Positions 45,546-55,585 of a stretch of DNA of 64,000 nt are shown here, in pieces. Each line of letters opens with the position of its first letter. Position 1 is the first letter of the stretch. The DNA comes from an uncultured Weeksellaceae bacterium. GTDB taxonomy: Bacteria > Bacteroidota > Bacteroidia > Flavobacteriales_D > CAZDUI01. The DNA lies in the NCBI GenBank assembly GCA_964508605.1, contig CAZDUI010000006.1, positions 44,903 to 108,902 of the forward strand, in the 5' to 3' direction. Made by a program: the position numbers and the translations under genes. The notes below the pieces were generated by a model. It was not told the DNA's origin, did no database searches, and was given only the letters and a program-made list of their open reading frames with translations.

Positions 45546-46265
45546 TCAGTTGCCCGATACCATTAACCGATGTGCGTCCTGCAATAATTTATTTACCTCA
45601 AGGCTATCGGTTCCGTCGTAATACCCCCTGATTTGGCCTTTTTGGTCAATTAAGACAAAATTGTTGGTGTGGATAAAATCGCTGTCGCCATCTCCTTTTT
45701 CACCCACCTCAGCCGGTTTCAGTGTAAAGTAAGACTTGCGGGCCAGATTGTAAATATGCTCCTTTGACCCTGTTAAAAAATGCCACTTACCCCGCACTGC
45801 ATCATGTTTTTCGGCATACTTCAATAATACCGGTACACTGTCTTCTTCGGGCCAAACGGTGTGAGACAGAATGACGAAATCCTCCCAGTCTTTTGTTGCC
45901 GACTGTACCTTTTGCAGATTTTTACTCATCGTAATGCAAATTCCGGGACAGGTTGTAAAAAAGAAATCGGCTACATACACTTTATTTTTTACATGGGCAG
46001 AGGTTATGGTATCACCAAATTGATTGATCAGGCTAAAGTTACCAATAATATGCCCGCTGCGAATATCACGAACCGTTTCATCCACCAGTTCACTTTTCAG
46101 GTCTCCGGGATTTAGCACGGGTAGTTTGTTTTTTATAGATGCCTCCTGTTTGCGTTGCGCCTGCATTATGATATAGGTTGCCGCAAAAACGGCCGCTAAA
46201 AAAATTACACCAAACAGTATAATGGTAATTACAAATCCTTTGCCCTTGCTCTTCTGCTGTGCCAT
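45546..46265 (-). CDS. SCO/SenC-family copper chaperone (thioredoxin fold)
   Basis: 239 aa. N-terminal TM anchor, CxxxC motif FFFTTCPGIC, and a downstream His (DFIHTNNFVLID). Confidence 0.85.
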   Translation of the reverse strand: MAQQKSKGKGFVITIILFGVIFLAAVFAATYIIMQAQRKQEASIKNKLPVLNPGDLKSELVDETVRDIRSGHIIGNFSLINQFGDTITSAHVKNKVYVADFFFTTCPGICITMSKNLQKVQSATKDWEDFVILSHTVWPEEDSVPVLLKYAEKHDAVRGKWHFLTGSKEHIYNLARKSYFTLKPAEVGEKGDGDSDFIHTNNFVLIDQKGQIRGYYDGTDSLEVNKLLQDAHRLMVSGN

Positions 46266-46272
46266 TCAATCA

Positions 46273-46794
46273 TCAATCAAAAACCTGCACAAAATTGAAA
46301 TCAATTCCATCTATCTCACCAATAATTTCATAACATGCTCCAATTTTATTCTCGGGATGCAGAATATTTTTGCGGTGACCCCGGTTGCTTACACCGTCAT
46401 CTATTAGCAAGTCAATAACTGCCATTGTAATATCTTCGTTGCCTGAAACAAGATTTTCCCGGACATTGTTTTTGGAGTGCTGGAATTTCTGATATTTTTT
46501 CATCCATTCACCGTGTTTCCGTGCCTGTTCGTATAATTCCTGACTGAATTCTATGGCAGGTAATGGTTTAAGTTTTTTTAATTCTGCAATTAATTCTTTG
46601 GCTGCGGCACGCTCCGATGCGTCCGATTCCCAAAATTCAAGATATTTATCAATTTCCGGCAGGGCAGCCATGGGATTCTGCCTAAATCTATTGATTTCAT
46701 CCAGCATTTTTATTTCCCGTTCTGTTGGCTTCTGAGCATGAACAGTGGGTATTAAACCTACAAATAATAACAGGATCATTAAATTTTTACACAT
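46273..46794 (-). CDS. secreted CAP/SCP (PR-1-like) domain protein
   Basis: 173 aa with a signal peptide. INRFRQNP and GHRKNILHPENKIGA motifs. The 5' end overlaps the upstream gene by up to 16 nt (alternative start at 46779). Confidence 0.7.
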   Translation of the reverse strand: MCKNLMILLLFVGLIPTVHAQKPTEREIKMLDEINRFRQNPMAALPEIDKYLEFWESDASERAAAKELIAELKKLKPLPAIEFSQELYEQARKHGEWMKKYQKFQHSKNNVRENLVSGNEDITMAVIDLLIDDGVSNRGHRKNILHPENKIGACYEIIGEIDGIDFNFVQVFD

Positions 46795-47792
46795 GGCGAT
46801 TGACAGTCTATTTTAGTTTTATCCAGCGTTATTCCTACACCCAAAGGTACGGTTAATTTGTCGCGCAGATGCCCAATTTTCGTGCCTGAAACAACAGGTA
46901 CTTTAGCTTTTGCTATGAATTCATTCAAGGTTTGCTCTAACGTAAGGCTTCGCTCGGGTTTCTCGGGAACACATTTGGTAAATCCACCCAAAATAATGGC
47001 TCTTACGCGTTCAAAATTTTTCCACTGCAGCACATGCTGAAAAGCCCTGTCAATGGAATACGGCTCTTCTTCCACTTCTTCAAGAAACAATATCATATCA
47101 TTATCTTCAGGTTCAAAGGTAGTTCCCAGTGTATGGGTAAACACTCTGAGGTTTCCACCCCAAAGAACTCCTGTTACAGGTTCAAAACCTGAACTTGCAG
47201 TACCACCATGCGGTATTTCAGTATTACCCTTTTCAATAATGTTTCTAAGCGCCGTAACTGAATATTCATTCCATGTGCTGTAACCCACCGGTCCGTGAAA
47301 GGTAATCAATCCGGTTTTCAAGGTAATATACTGCAGCAATACGGTAATATCTGAAAACCCGACCACTGCTTTAGGGTTATTTTTTATTAATTCAACGTCC
47401 AGCAAATGCAGCATACGGGCACAACCACTGCCGCCGCGCACGGCAACAATGCCATGAATATCGGTTCGCCGGAAAGCTTCATGCAAATCGTCGGCACGCT
47501 GCTGGTCAGTACCTGCAAACTGACCCTGCCTTGCATTCACATTCGGCATAGGTACTGCCCTGTAACCCGCCTTCTGAATTTCTTTCGCTGCATTTTCCAC
47601 CTCATCGGCAGTGAATGTGGCTCCGGCCGGCGATACCAAAGCAATATTGCAGTCTGGAAAAAGTGCCTTTGGTATTATTTGCTCATGTTTCAGCCCCCCA
47701 GAAGACCGTACATATTTATGCTTCCAGTCAATTTGGAGTACTGCGGCGGCAAGTCCGGCAGAGGCCGACTTTACGAAATCCCGACGCTTCAT
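46779..47792 (-). CDS. LD-carboxypeptidase (S66 family) with twin-arginine signal
   Basis: 337 aa. N-terminal MKRRDFVKSASAGLAAAVL (Tat-like), nucleophile context VVGFSDITVL, and the C-terminal GHL motif (GTKIGHLRDKLTVPLG). Confidence 0.82.
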   Translation of the reverse strand: MKRRDFVKSASAGLAAAVLQIDWKHKYVRSSGGLKHEQIIPKALFPDCNIALVSPAGATFTADEVENAAKEIQKAGYRAVPMPNVNARQGQFAGTDQQRADDLHEAFRRTDIHGIVAVRGGSGCARMLHLLDVELIKNNPKAVVGFSDITVLLQYITLKTGLITFHGPVGYSTWNEYSVTALRNIIEKGNTEIPHGGTASSGFEPVTGVLWGGNLRVFTHTLGTTFEPEDNDMILFLEEVEEEPYSIDRAFQHVLQWKNFERVRAIILGGFTKCVPEKPERSLTLEQTLNEFIAKAKVPVVSGTKIGHLRDKLTVPLGVGITLDKTKIDCQSPCVKI

Positions 47793-47828
47793 TTCACCGC
47801 TTTTTTTTCATCACACATTCAAGTTTCG

Positions 47829-48734
47829 CTAATGCTTCATTCGTTTTACCAATCTTGGCATTCTTTTAAGGGAAGGATTGATATTTACCTTGTGCATATA
47901 GTCGTCAGTAAGGTAATAATCGCCCGTAACATTTAACGGGTTCTGGCTTAACAATACACACATATGATTGTAAATATCGGGTAAATAAACACTGAATTTT
48001 TCGGGAACTTCGAAAAAATGTTCTATACATACCGCAAAAAACTCATGGGTATTTTCACCGGCATACGAACGCAAATATCCGGGAATTCCACTGCGCAATT
48101 TATTGTATTCATTTTCGCCAATTGTAAGCCATTCCTGCAGGTACATTTTAAATCTTTCATCGTTTTCTTCACCTGCTATCAGCTGAATTTTCATGGCGTG
48201 CGCCGCCTCATGCAGGCCCAAATTGTAACCGTCACCGTCTTGAGAATACCCCTGAAACAAATCTTCAGCAGAAAACATCAGAAAACCATCCGGTGTAGCA
48301 CCCCCTTTCAATTCAAGGTTCAATGCCTGCACATAAAACGAACGGGGATACACCATAACCGTATGAAATGCATCAAAATCATAAGTATCCAAACCAAACG
48401 TTATTTGCGTTAATGCAGCCATACACATTACCTTAATTTCAGGCGTTATCTCCAAATCCTCCTTTGCTTCGAATCGTTTGGTTTTTAGTAAAATACGAAT
48501 CCGATTAATGAACAGAGCTTTACCCCTTCTAGAAAGCCTTTGGTAATAAACCATATTCTTTTCAAGTACCTCATGTATTCGCATATATTCATTGCGACTA
48601 ATGGGAGAAAATTCATAACTGCTTCTTCTTTTCCCTTTTCTGCCTCTATAAAAATATGCAACTACAATTATAGCTACAACTATAATCATCGTCTCCAGAA
48701 CATACTCAGATTGTATTTTAGTGGGAAACCTCAT
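47829..48734 (-). CDS. MtfA-like zinc metallopeptidase (M90 family) with N-terminal TM anchor
   Basis: 301 aa. HEAAHAM zinc motif plus the downstream EFFAVCIEHFFE. Confidence 0.72.
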   Translation of the reverse strand: MRFPTKIQSEYVLETMIIVVAIIVVAYFYRGRKGKRRSSYEFSPISRNEYMRIHEVLEKNMVYYQRLSRRGKALFINRIRILLKTKRFEAKEDLEITPEIKVMCMAALTQITFGLDTYDFDAFHTVMVYPRSFYVQALNLELKGGATPDGFLMFSAEDLFQGYSQDGDGYNLGLHEAAHAMKIQLIAGEENDERFKMYLQEWLTIGENEYNKLRSGIPGYLRSYAGENTHEFFAVCIEHFFEVPEKFSVYLPDIYNHMCVLLSQNPLNVTGDYYLTDDYMHKVNINPSLKRMPRLVKRMKH

Positions 48735-48962
48735 ATCAAATTAAAACATACGAATATAGCTATACTGTTTGAATGCATCTTTAAATTCTAATTACCGGCA
48801 CTGATTTATTTACTGAGAATATGTTATTGCCTACAGGAAAATTATTCATGAATTACTTAATGTCAAGAAATTACAACTATTGACGAATCAGGATGAATAA
48901 CTTTTACCCAGCACGCACCTATATGTATTCAGTGATGTTACTTTAGATTTCAAATTTCCGTT

Positions 48963-50915
48963 TTGAATTTATTACAAAACCAAACCAGTTTGTATTTGCA
49001 GCAACATGCGGGTAACCCAGTGCATTGGATGCCCTGGGGTGAAGATGCTTTTGAGCGGGCTGTAGCCGAAAACAAATTGGTACTAATTAGCATTGGTTAT
49101 TCCAGTTGTCACTGGTGTCATGTAATGGAGCATCAAAGCTTTGAAAATGAAGCTGTGGCTGAAATAATGAATCGTCATTTGGTTTGTATTAAAGTAGACC
49201 GGGAAGAACGCCCCGACATTGACCAGATATACATGACTGCGGTTCAGCTAATGACAGGCCAGGGCGGATGGCCGTTGAACTGTTTTGCACTACCCGACGG
49301 AAGGCCTGTATACGGAGGCACCTATTTTCCGCCGGACCGTTGGGTAGATATTATAATGCAGTTGGCCGACTTTTGGCTGCGAAGTCCGGAAAAACTGCTT
49401 CAGTACGCCGGCGAACTGGAAGAAGGGTTTGTTAAGATTGCTGAAATTACGGCAGAGCAAAACACCGGATGGACAATGGAGGAGCAAAGGGTAATGCTTG
49501 AAAAGTGGAAAAAACAACTAGACACAGTGCACGGCGGAGCCGACAGGGCTCCCAAATTTCCCATGCCGGCAAACCTTCGATTCTTAATGAATTGCTCAGA
49601 GCAATCTGCGCAGCAGCATGTGGTACTCACCTTAACCAAAATGGCACAGGGCGGCATTTGTGACCATCTGGCCGGAGGCTTTTTCAGATATTCAACCGAT
49701 CATTTTTGGAAAGTTCCCCATTTTGAAAAAATGCTTTATGACAATGCCCAATTGATGCAAGTATATGCTGAAGCCGGTAAAAAATTCGCAAACACTAATT
49801 TCTACAATATAGCAGACAAAATATTCGATTTTTTACAGGAACATTTTTATAATGATTCCGGCTTGTACTCTTCCAGCCAGGATGCCGACAGTGAAGGTGT
49901 TGAGGGAAAATATTATACATGGCAGGTTTCAGAAATTGAAAAATGCCTTACTGACGAAGAGATATTGGCAGCGAAGCGATATTTTATTATAAACGAACAC
50001 GCGTTATGGGAAGGAAACTATATTCTGTTGCGCAGTATTGAATCTCCGCATCCGGAATATGAAATAATTAGAAAGAAATTATGTGACTACAGAACCAGCC
50101 GAATAGCGCCGGTAATTGACCAAAAACAAATAACCAGCTGGAATGCTCTGCTTGCTGAAGGAATGGTGTCCCTTTATCTTTCCGGCCGGAATCACAAACA
50201 CGCTGAAGCTGCCAGACGGTTGTGCAAAATGTTATTAAAAGGATTTGATCCGGAATCAGGGATTAAGCGTATTCATCAGAATGGCATTGACCATACGTCC
50301 GGTTTTCTTGACGACTATGCATTTACAATAGCAGCCTGTCTGGCTTGTTACCGCATTCAGTTTGAAGAGGAATATCTGCTGACGGCTAAACAAATATCAA
50401 AATGGGTTATGAATGAATTCAGCCACCCGGATGATGTATTCTTTTTTTATACCCGGTTAGAGCAACAAACTCCCCTTACCCGCATGACAGAGACAGAAGA
50501 CAACGTAATACCTTCTTCAAACGCGGTTATGGCCCGTAACCTGCTAATACTATCGGTTGCTTTTCAGTTACCTGACATGGAGGAGCGATGTAAAAAAATG
50601 ATACTTAGAATGAAGAAAAACGCAATGCAATATGGCAGTGCTTATGGATACTGGGCACTGAATGCAGCCATGATGCTTGACGGTATTAAAGAAGTAGCCG
50701 TATCGGGTAAAAACGCTGTGACATCAGCACAAAACCTGCAAGACAAAATTCACGACCCATTTACCCTTATTTTTGCAACTGAGGGTACATCAAATCTGCC
50801 GGTACTACAAAAAGAAGCATCCGGCCCTCCAGGGGAAATTGCGTTCTGGGTTTGCAAAAATCAAACCTGTCTGCCGCCTGTAAATACCATTGAAAAAACA
50901 TTGGAAATACTGTAA
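48963..50915 (+). CDS. thioredoxin-domain protein of the YyaL/DUF255 family
   Basis: 650 aa. [23 protein letters not shown] and [14 protein letters not shown] are typical of the family, followed by an alpha/alpha-toroid-like C-terminal part. No in-frame ATG precedes the conserved N-terminus, so the start appears to be TTG. Confidence 0.85.
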   Translation: MNLLQNQTSLYLQQHAGNPVHWMPWGEDAFERAVAENKLVLISIGYSSCHWCHVMEHQSFENEAVAEIMNRHLVCIKVDREERPDIDQIYMTAVQLMTGQGGWPLNCFALPDGRPVYGGTYFPPDRWVDIIMQLADFWLRSPEKLLQYAGELEEGFVKIAEITAEQNTGWTMEEQRVMLEKWKKQLDTVHGGADRAPKFPMPANLRFLMNCSEQSAQQHVVLTLTKMAQGGICDHLAGGFFRYSTDHFWKVPHFEKMLYDNAQLMQVYAEAGKKFANTNFYNIADKIFDFLQEHFYNDSGLYSSSQDADSEGVEGKYYTWQVSEIEKCLTDEEILAAKRYFIINEHALWEGNYILLRSIESPHPEYEIIRKKLCDYRTSRIAPVIDQKQITSWNALLAEGMVSLYLSGRNHKHAEAARRLCKMLLKGFDPESGIKRIHQNGIDHTSGFLDDYAFTIAACLACYRIQFEEEYLLTAKQISKWVMNEFSHPDDVFFFYTRLEQQTPLTRMTETEDNVIPSSNAVMARNLLILSVAFQLPDMEERCKKMILRMKKNAMQYGSAYGYWALNAAMMLDGIKEVAVSGKNAVTSAQNLQDKIHDPFTLIFATEGTSNLPVLQKEASGPPGEIAFWVCKNQTCLPPVNTIEKTLEIL

Positions 50916-50916
50916 C

Positions 50917-51813
50917 ATGAAACATGCTTTTATTTCCTTTTTGGTCCTTTTTTATTGCACTGTTCATGCTCAAATACTGGACAATACCCACTGTAAAGTA
51001 TTTTCGGATGACCCCTTTTTTGATACCGGATTTATTGCAAGAAATAAAATTAAAATCATTCGTGGAAAGGTATCAACCAAAGCTAAAAACGACCAGATGC
51101 ACGATGCCAATACCGAATATGTTTACGAGTTTGACGAACGCGGCAAATTAATAAAACGGCTTGAGACATTCACCTTAAGCTCAGGAGTTAAGGATACCGC
51201 CATAATGATTTATCACTACGATGACCGCGGTAATCTTATTATTAAAAGAAAAACAGATGGCTATGGATTTTTCTCGTACAACTATACTTACGATACCCTG
51301 AACCGAATTACAAGCGAAATGTATTGCAGGGAAGAAAATGCCGGCAGCAGCAAATATCATTTTGAATTAGGCCGTCAGTTTATTATTGCCAAAGAAACTT
51401 ATGAATGGGAAATGACCGGTTCAGGACTCAAACAAAAATTCTATAATAACTATGGTAAATTATATCAGGAGCGCTTTTATTATACCAATGCACTGGGATA
51501 CCTTATCAGCGAAGAAACCCGTCTGCTGGTAACCAGTAAAAAAGCAATTACCGAATATGCCTACGACAACAAGGGTCGTCCTATTTTAAAAGCCGACCAC
51601 AGCAGTGTGTTACGGCAAACTAACATTGAATACCATTACGAATACGATGAATTCGGCAATGTTTTAAAAGAAGAAACCGTACGAAACGAAAAACCGGTAA
51701 CCCGCCGGGAAGCTGTATATTATCCTGAATCTATGTTACTAAAAGCATTGGTAATGTTCGATATTGAAACAGAGTTCATGCATATTGTTCGCTACACCTA
51801 TCAGCATTATTAG
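50917..51813 (+). CDS. secreted repeat protein with YD-like hairpin repeats
   Basis: Start set at MKHAFISFLVLFYCTVHAQ (ATG at 50917, 1 nt after the yyaL-like stop). Repeats include YVYEFDERGKLIK, YHYDDRGNLIIK, YTYDTLNRITSE, YAYDNKGRPILK and YEYDEFGNVLKE. Confidence 0.6.
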   Translation: MKHAFISFLVLFYCTVHAQILDNTHCKVFSDDPFFDTGFIARNKIKIIRGKVSTKAKNDQMHDANTEYVYEFDERGKLIKRLETFTLSSGVKDTAIMIYHYDDRGNLIIKRKTDGYGFFSYNYTYDTLNRITSEMYCREENAGSSKYHFELGRQFIIAKETYEWEMTGSGLKQKFYNNYGKLYQERFYYTNALGYLISEETRLLVTSKKAITEYAYDNKGRPILKADHSSVLRQTNIEYHYEYDEFGNVLKEETVRNEKPVTRREAVYYPESMLLKALVMFDIETEFMHIVRYTYQHY

Positions 51814-51862
51814 ATTTCAAATTCTGTGTTCTGATTGTTGCCTGTAATACCATTTAAGGCAA

Positions 51863-51895
51863 AAAATCAAAGCCCGCACTATGGGCTTTGATTTT
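51863..51895. terminator. bidirectional rho-independent terminator between convergent genes
   Basis: AAAATCAAAGCCC gcactat GGGCTTTGATTTT is a perfect 13-bp stem including A/T runs on both sides. It lies between the stops at 51813 (+) and 51926 (-). Confidence 0.75.
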
Positions 51896-51925
51896 ACTTT
51901 AAGTATTGCAGGGAAGGTGCAGGAA

Positions 51926-53710
51926 TTACCGGCGAACAAACTGTGACACCTTACCGTTATCGTCATTTCTAAGTAAATAAATCCCTGATGACAGATGTGC
52001 GATATTCAGATTACTTGATGATTTAACAGACATTAAAACCCTTCCATTCAAGTCTGTAACCGTATAATTTCCGGTAAATTCAACTTGAATTACATCAGAT
52101 GACGGATTAGGATATACCGCAAACCCTTTGGAGCTATCATTTTGTTCTGCACCCATAATTCCTGATACTGCAAAAACAGACACTGTTCCACTTACCTCAT
52201 TAGAGCTTAGTAGCAAAGGATTGCCTGTAGGACTTGTGGCAGCCGGGATGAACAATAAATCTTCAGGCCCCAGATCTCCGGCAGCCGCTGTAGTTTCTGG
52301 TTGTGTAAAAAATCGGTGATTGTGGTAGGTAACAAACACGGGATTGATTGGATCGCTGATATTATATACTACAAATCCCCCCATCCTCTCCAGCCCGATT
52401 ACTGCATATGTGTTTCCAGAGGCATCCTGCATAATTTCAACACATTCCGGCTCGGGGCCTTTGTTATCGCTGCGTGAGTCCGCAGAGTTATTGTCGTCGT
52501 TATTGGAATTAAAATACGATGTCCATGGCGTCTGAGAAGTAATGGTTTCAAAATCGTCTCCACTGTCGTACACTAAACTCATTGCAGTATTCCAAATGGA
52601 GAATGAACGTGTTCCAAAAACATAGATTTCGTCGTAGTCTCCGTCGTTTCCGGCATCGCCCATAGAAGTAGTAAAATTGAGACGCCCCAGTTCATTGTCG
52701 GTTTGCAGGGTAGCTGCATTTGGAAATGCTACGGCATCCAGGGTAACATTTTTAATTCTCTCTTCTTCGCCAAACGCCGAGTAATCTCTTGAATCGCCTT
52801 CATTGGCTGAAATGATATAACCATTGCCACCAATTGAAATATACACCATTCCATCAGGTTGATACATTCCATAAACACCGGCTGGTGTAACGGCTATATC
52901 CACTCCGTCCTTATCGCTTGCATCTATAGCATTGCCTGCAACACTGAAATCTTTATACCCAAGACCTTTCAGCTCTGTTAAGGTACCGGTTGTCAAATCT
53001 ATCTTTGCCATAGCATTGTTTTCCTGTAATACCACAAACACAGTTTGTGAATCGTCACTTACAGCAATATATTCGGGTTCAAGGTCCTGTTGTATTGAAG
53101 CTGCGCCGCCATTACCAAAAATCCTAATCAGGGGATCAATATTTCCGGCATTGATACTTAAAAAATCAACTGTAGTTACTACCGCAGCACTTACCCCGGC
53201 TGAAATATCAATAATACTCACAGTACCTTCGGGGTCTGAAACATAATCATCGCTGGGTTCACCTTCATTTGCTGTAAGTACTTTATTTCCGTCAGGGGTA
53301 AAAGTAACCATATCAGGCATGGCGCCAACGGTTACCTGACCCAGATACGCAAGCGTTGTGGCGTCAAAAAAGACAACAGAACCATTCGCCTGAGGATTCG
53401 CATTTTCAACAGCAACGGCAATTATTTGATTTTTCACAGCTACGCTGTTCAGTCCGGCGCCATAGGACGCCATACTAATACTTTGCTCCAATGAAATGGC
53501 TGACGGGTTTGAAAAATCAATAACATCTAAACTATTGGAACCTCCGTTCGTTGAAAATATACGTTGACTTACAGGGTCATAAGCAATAATTTCGGTTGCA
53601 CTCACCTCAAAGCCACCATCCCGGTATGTACTTAAATGCGTAAATGAAATTTGAGCAGAGCATGCTCCGGCGGTTAAAGAAAATATAGACAATAGTAACT
53701 TTTTTTTCAT
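51926..53710 (-). CDS. choice-of-anchor-I-like beta-propeller protein with T9SS C-terminal domain
   Basis: 594 aa with a signal peptide. The N-terminal SATEIIAYDPVSQRIFSTNGGSNSLDVIDFSNPS resembles the choice-of-anchor I family as I remember it. The C-terminal VYPNPSSDVIQVEF...GIYLLRNDDNG is a T9SS CTD. Confidence 0.65.
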   Translation of the reverse strand: MKKKLLLSIFSLTAGACSAQISFTHLSTYRDGGFEVSATEIIAYDPVSQRIFSTNGGSNSLDVIDFSNPSAISLEQSISMASYGAGLNSVAVKNQIIAVAVENANPQANGSVVFFDATTLAYLGQVTVGAMPDMVTFTPDGNKVLTANEGEPSDDYVSDPEGTVSIIDISAGVSAAVVTTVDFLSINAGNIDPLIRIFGNGGAASIQQDLEPEYIAVSDDSQTVFVVLQENNAMAKIDLTTGTLTELKGLGYKDFSVAGNAIDASDKDGVDIAVTPAGVYGMYQPDGMVYISIGGNGYIISANEGDSRDYSAFGEEERIKNVTLDAVAFPNAATLQTDNELGRLNFTTSMGDAGNDGDYDEIYVFGTRSFSIWNTAMSLVYDSGDDFETITSQTPWTSYFNSNNDDNNSADSRSDNKGPEPECVEIMQDASGNTYAVIGLERMGGFVVYNISDPINPVFVTYHNHRFFTQPETTAAAGDLGPEDLLFIPAATSPTGNPLLLSSNEVSGTVSVFAVSGIMGAEQNDSSKGFAVYPNPSSDVIQVEFTGNYTVTDLNGRVLMSVKSSSNLNIAHLSSGIYLLRNDDNGKVSQFVRR

Positions 53711-53729
53711 GATATTATGTGGTTATTAA

Positions 53730-55454
53730 TTACTTAGAAATAAATGAATGTGTGCTGTATTCATTGTTGGAGCTTACCCTGAGGAAATAAATACCCGATT
53801 GATGAGTAACCAGTGGGATTTGTGTAGTTCCGGCATTTACATGTTCATTAAAACTGAAAACAAGTCTTCCTGAGGCATCAAAACACTCCATTTGAATCTG
53901 GTTTTGGTTTTTAGAATGCACCCACAAGTTGGCACCCGCTTCAGTATTTGCCACCACTACAGAAAAATCACTTAAATCTTTTCTGTTTACAGCTACCGTT
54001 TTAACAGGAATATAATCTCCATTCATATTTGTGTGACCCAATCTGTAGAAAGAGATACCCTGCAACGGATTAGGGTCTATGCGCGTGTAATGATGCAGGG
54101 AAGAACCATTGATATCGGCCGACAGACTAAGGATGGATGTCCAGTTATTACCATCAGCACTTCTATCTACGGTATAATAGTCGATGTCGGATTCACTTGC
54201 CGTAACCCAGTCTAGTTTTACGACGCTCTCATCGGACACTGCGGTAAAATCAATCAGTTCAACGGGTAGTACGAATGTACCACAAGAAGTACACGGGTTT
54301 GAAAATATACGGTATACAACTATTTCATCTGCCCTGTCGGCCCTGCCTGAAACCCTGATGGTGCCGGGACCTGCCAAAGTATAGCTATCGTTTAAAGTAG
54401 CGTTAGAGCCGCCTGTTTTCACAACTTTTGGTCCGCCGGGGAAATCCACTTTCAAATTATCACACGTTGCGCAGCTGCCGTCGGCACCCGAAGCGCTGCA
54501 ACCTAAAGAAGACCAAATCCGCATGGTTGCATATACAGTATAGCTGCAACCCGCCGGAACGACAATATCTGTACTTACCGACTGATACCCTGCTGAACAG
54601 TTACCTGCAACCGCCGGACTACAGTTTGGCCCGCCCAGTGTGGTAAGGTTGCATCCTGAAATACAGCCGCAGCCGGCGCCTGTAACACCCAAAGATCCGG
54701 TAACGGGTGTCCAGGGAGCATCAGTTACAGTAAAAGCACAGGCGGTTTCATTCCACGATTGTCCTGCAGCATTTGTCCAGTTTGCATTGTTACCAATGGC
54801 AGTGCGCAAGGCAGCTTTGGTAGAGCTAACAGTTCCGGCGCAGTTGTAATGCCATTGGTCCTGACTGGAGCTCACTTGTATGGCACTGGTTCCTAGAACA
54901 AGTCCTGTAGGCAACGCGGTGTTGTTCTTGCTGGAACAATCACCCCCCGAAGCAAATGTTCCGTTATGACGCAAAGCGTAAATAAAAACCGGTGCTGCGC
55001 GGGTTCCTTGTAATACAATTACATTGTCGCCACCACTGTTCAAACCAAAATTAGTTCCCCAGGGAGAGCCCAAAGATGTTTGAGTAACTGCCCCGGAAGA
55101 AACCAGAATGGGACCTCCTGCGGCATCCAAATCGATATAAATTACACTTCCTGCCAATACCTGCGAAACCACTGTAATTTCTACCGCAAATTCTTCATCG
55201 TCGCAATACCAGACACTCGTATTTCTCCAGTTATTATCTGTAACCATAAACTTTGTATTGCACTCCAGATCAACCAATGTAAGAAGCTTTACCGCATCAT
55301 TTCCAGCCTGTGTACCCGCGCTGGTTTTAAAACCAATAACCACTACATCGCCAGCAGTGAGTACTGTTTGCGAATACAGCGGACTTTTTACCAAAATACC
55401 GGACAGTAAAAGCAAGAGATACAAAACAATAACAGAAATACCTGTTTTTAACAT
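53730..55454 (-). CDS. Cys-rich secreted protein with T9SS-type C-terminal domain, unknown function
   Basis: 574 aa with a signal peptide. Central Cys-rich region (GAGCGCISGCNL...CSASGADGSCATCDNL). LPVELIDFTA...KLDWVTASE Ig-like module. C-terminal GIYFLRVSSNNE sorting-domain-like end. Confidence 0.6.
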   Translation of the reverse strand: MLKTGISVIVLYLLLLLSGILVKSPLYSQTVLTAGDVVVIGFKTSAGTQAGNDAVKLLTLVDLECNTKFMVTDNNWRNTSVWYCDDEEFAVEITVVSQVLAGSVIYIDLDAAGGPILVSSGAVTQTSLGSPWGTNFGLNSGGDNVIVLQGTRAAPVFIYALRHNGTFASGGDCSSKNNTALPTGLVLGTSAIQVSSSQDQWHYNCAGTVSSTKAALRTAIGNNANWTNAAGQSWNETACAFTVTDAPWTPVTGSLGVTGAGCGCISGCNLTTLGGPNCSPAVAGNCSAGYQSVSTDIVVPAGCSYTVYATMRIWSSLGCSASGADGSCATCDNLKVDFPGGPKVVKTGGSNATLNDSYTLAGPGTIRVSGRADRADEIVVYRIFSNPCTSCGTFVLPVELIDFTAVSDESVVKLDWVTASESDIDYYTVDRSADGNNWTSILSLSADINGSSLHHYTRIDPNPLQGISFYRLGHTNMNGDYIPVKTVAVNRKDLSDFSVVVANTEAGANLWVHSKNQNQIQMECFDASGRLVFSFNEHVNAGTTQIPLVTHQSGIYFLRVSSNNEYSTHSFISK

Positions 55455-55585
55455 GAGCCGAAGGTAGTGGTGTACCGCCTCCGTATTTCATTAAATTACA
55501 ACAAATAACAGAATGATAAAATGTGATTTACCTGGAAATTACAATTAATTAACCTTCCTTATCATGACGATTCAAAATGCCGTGG

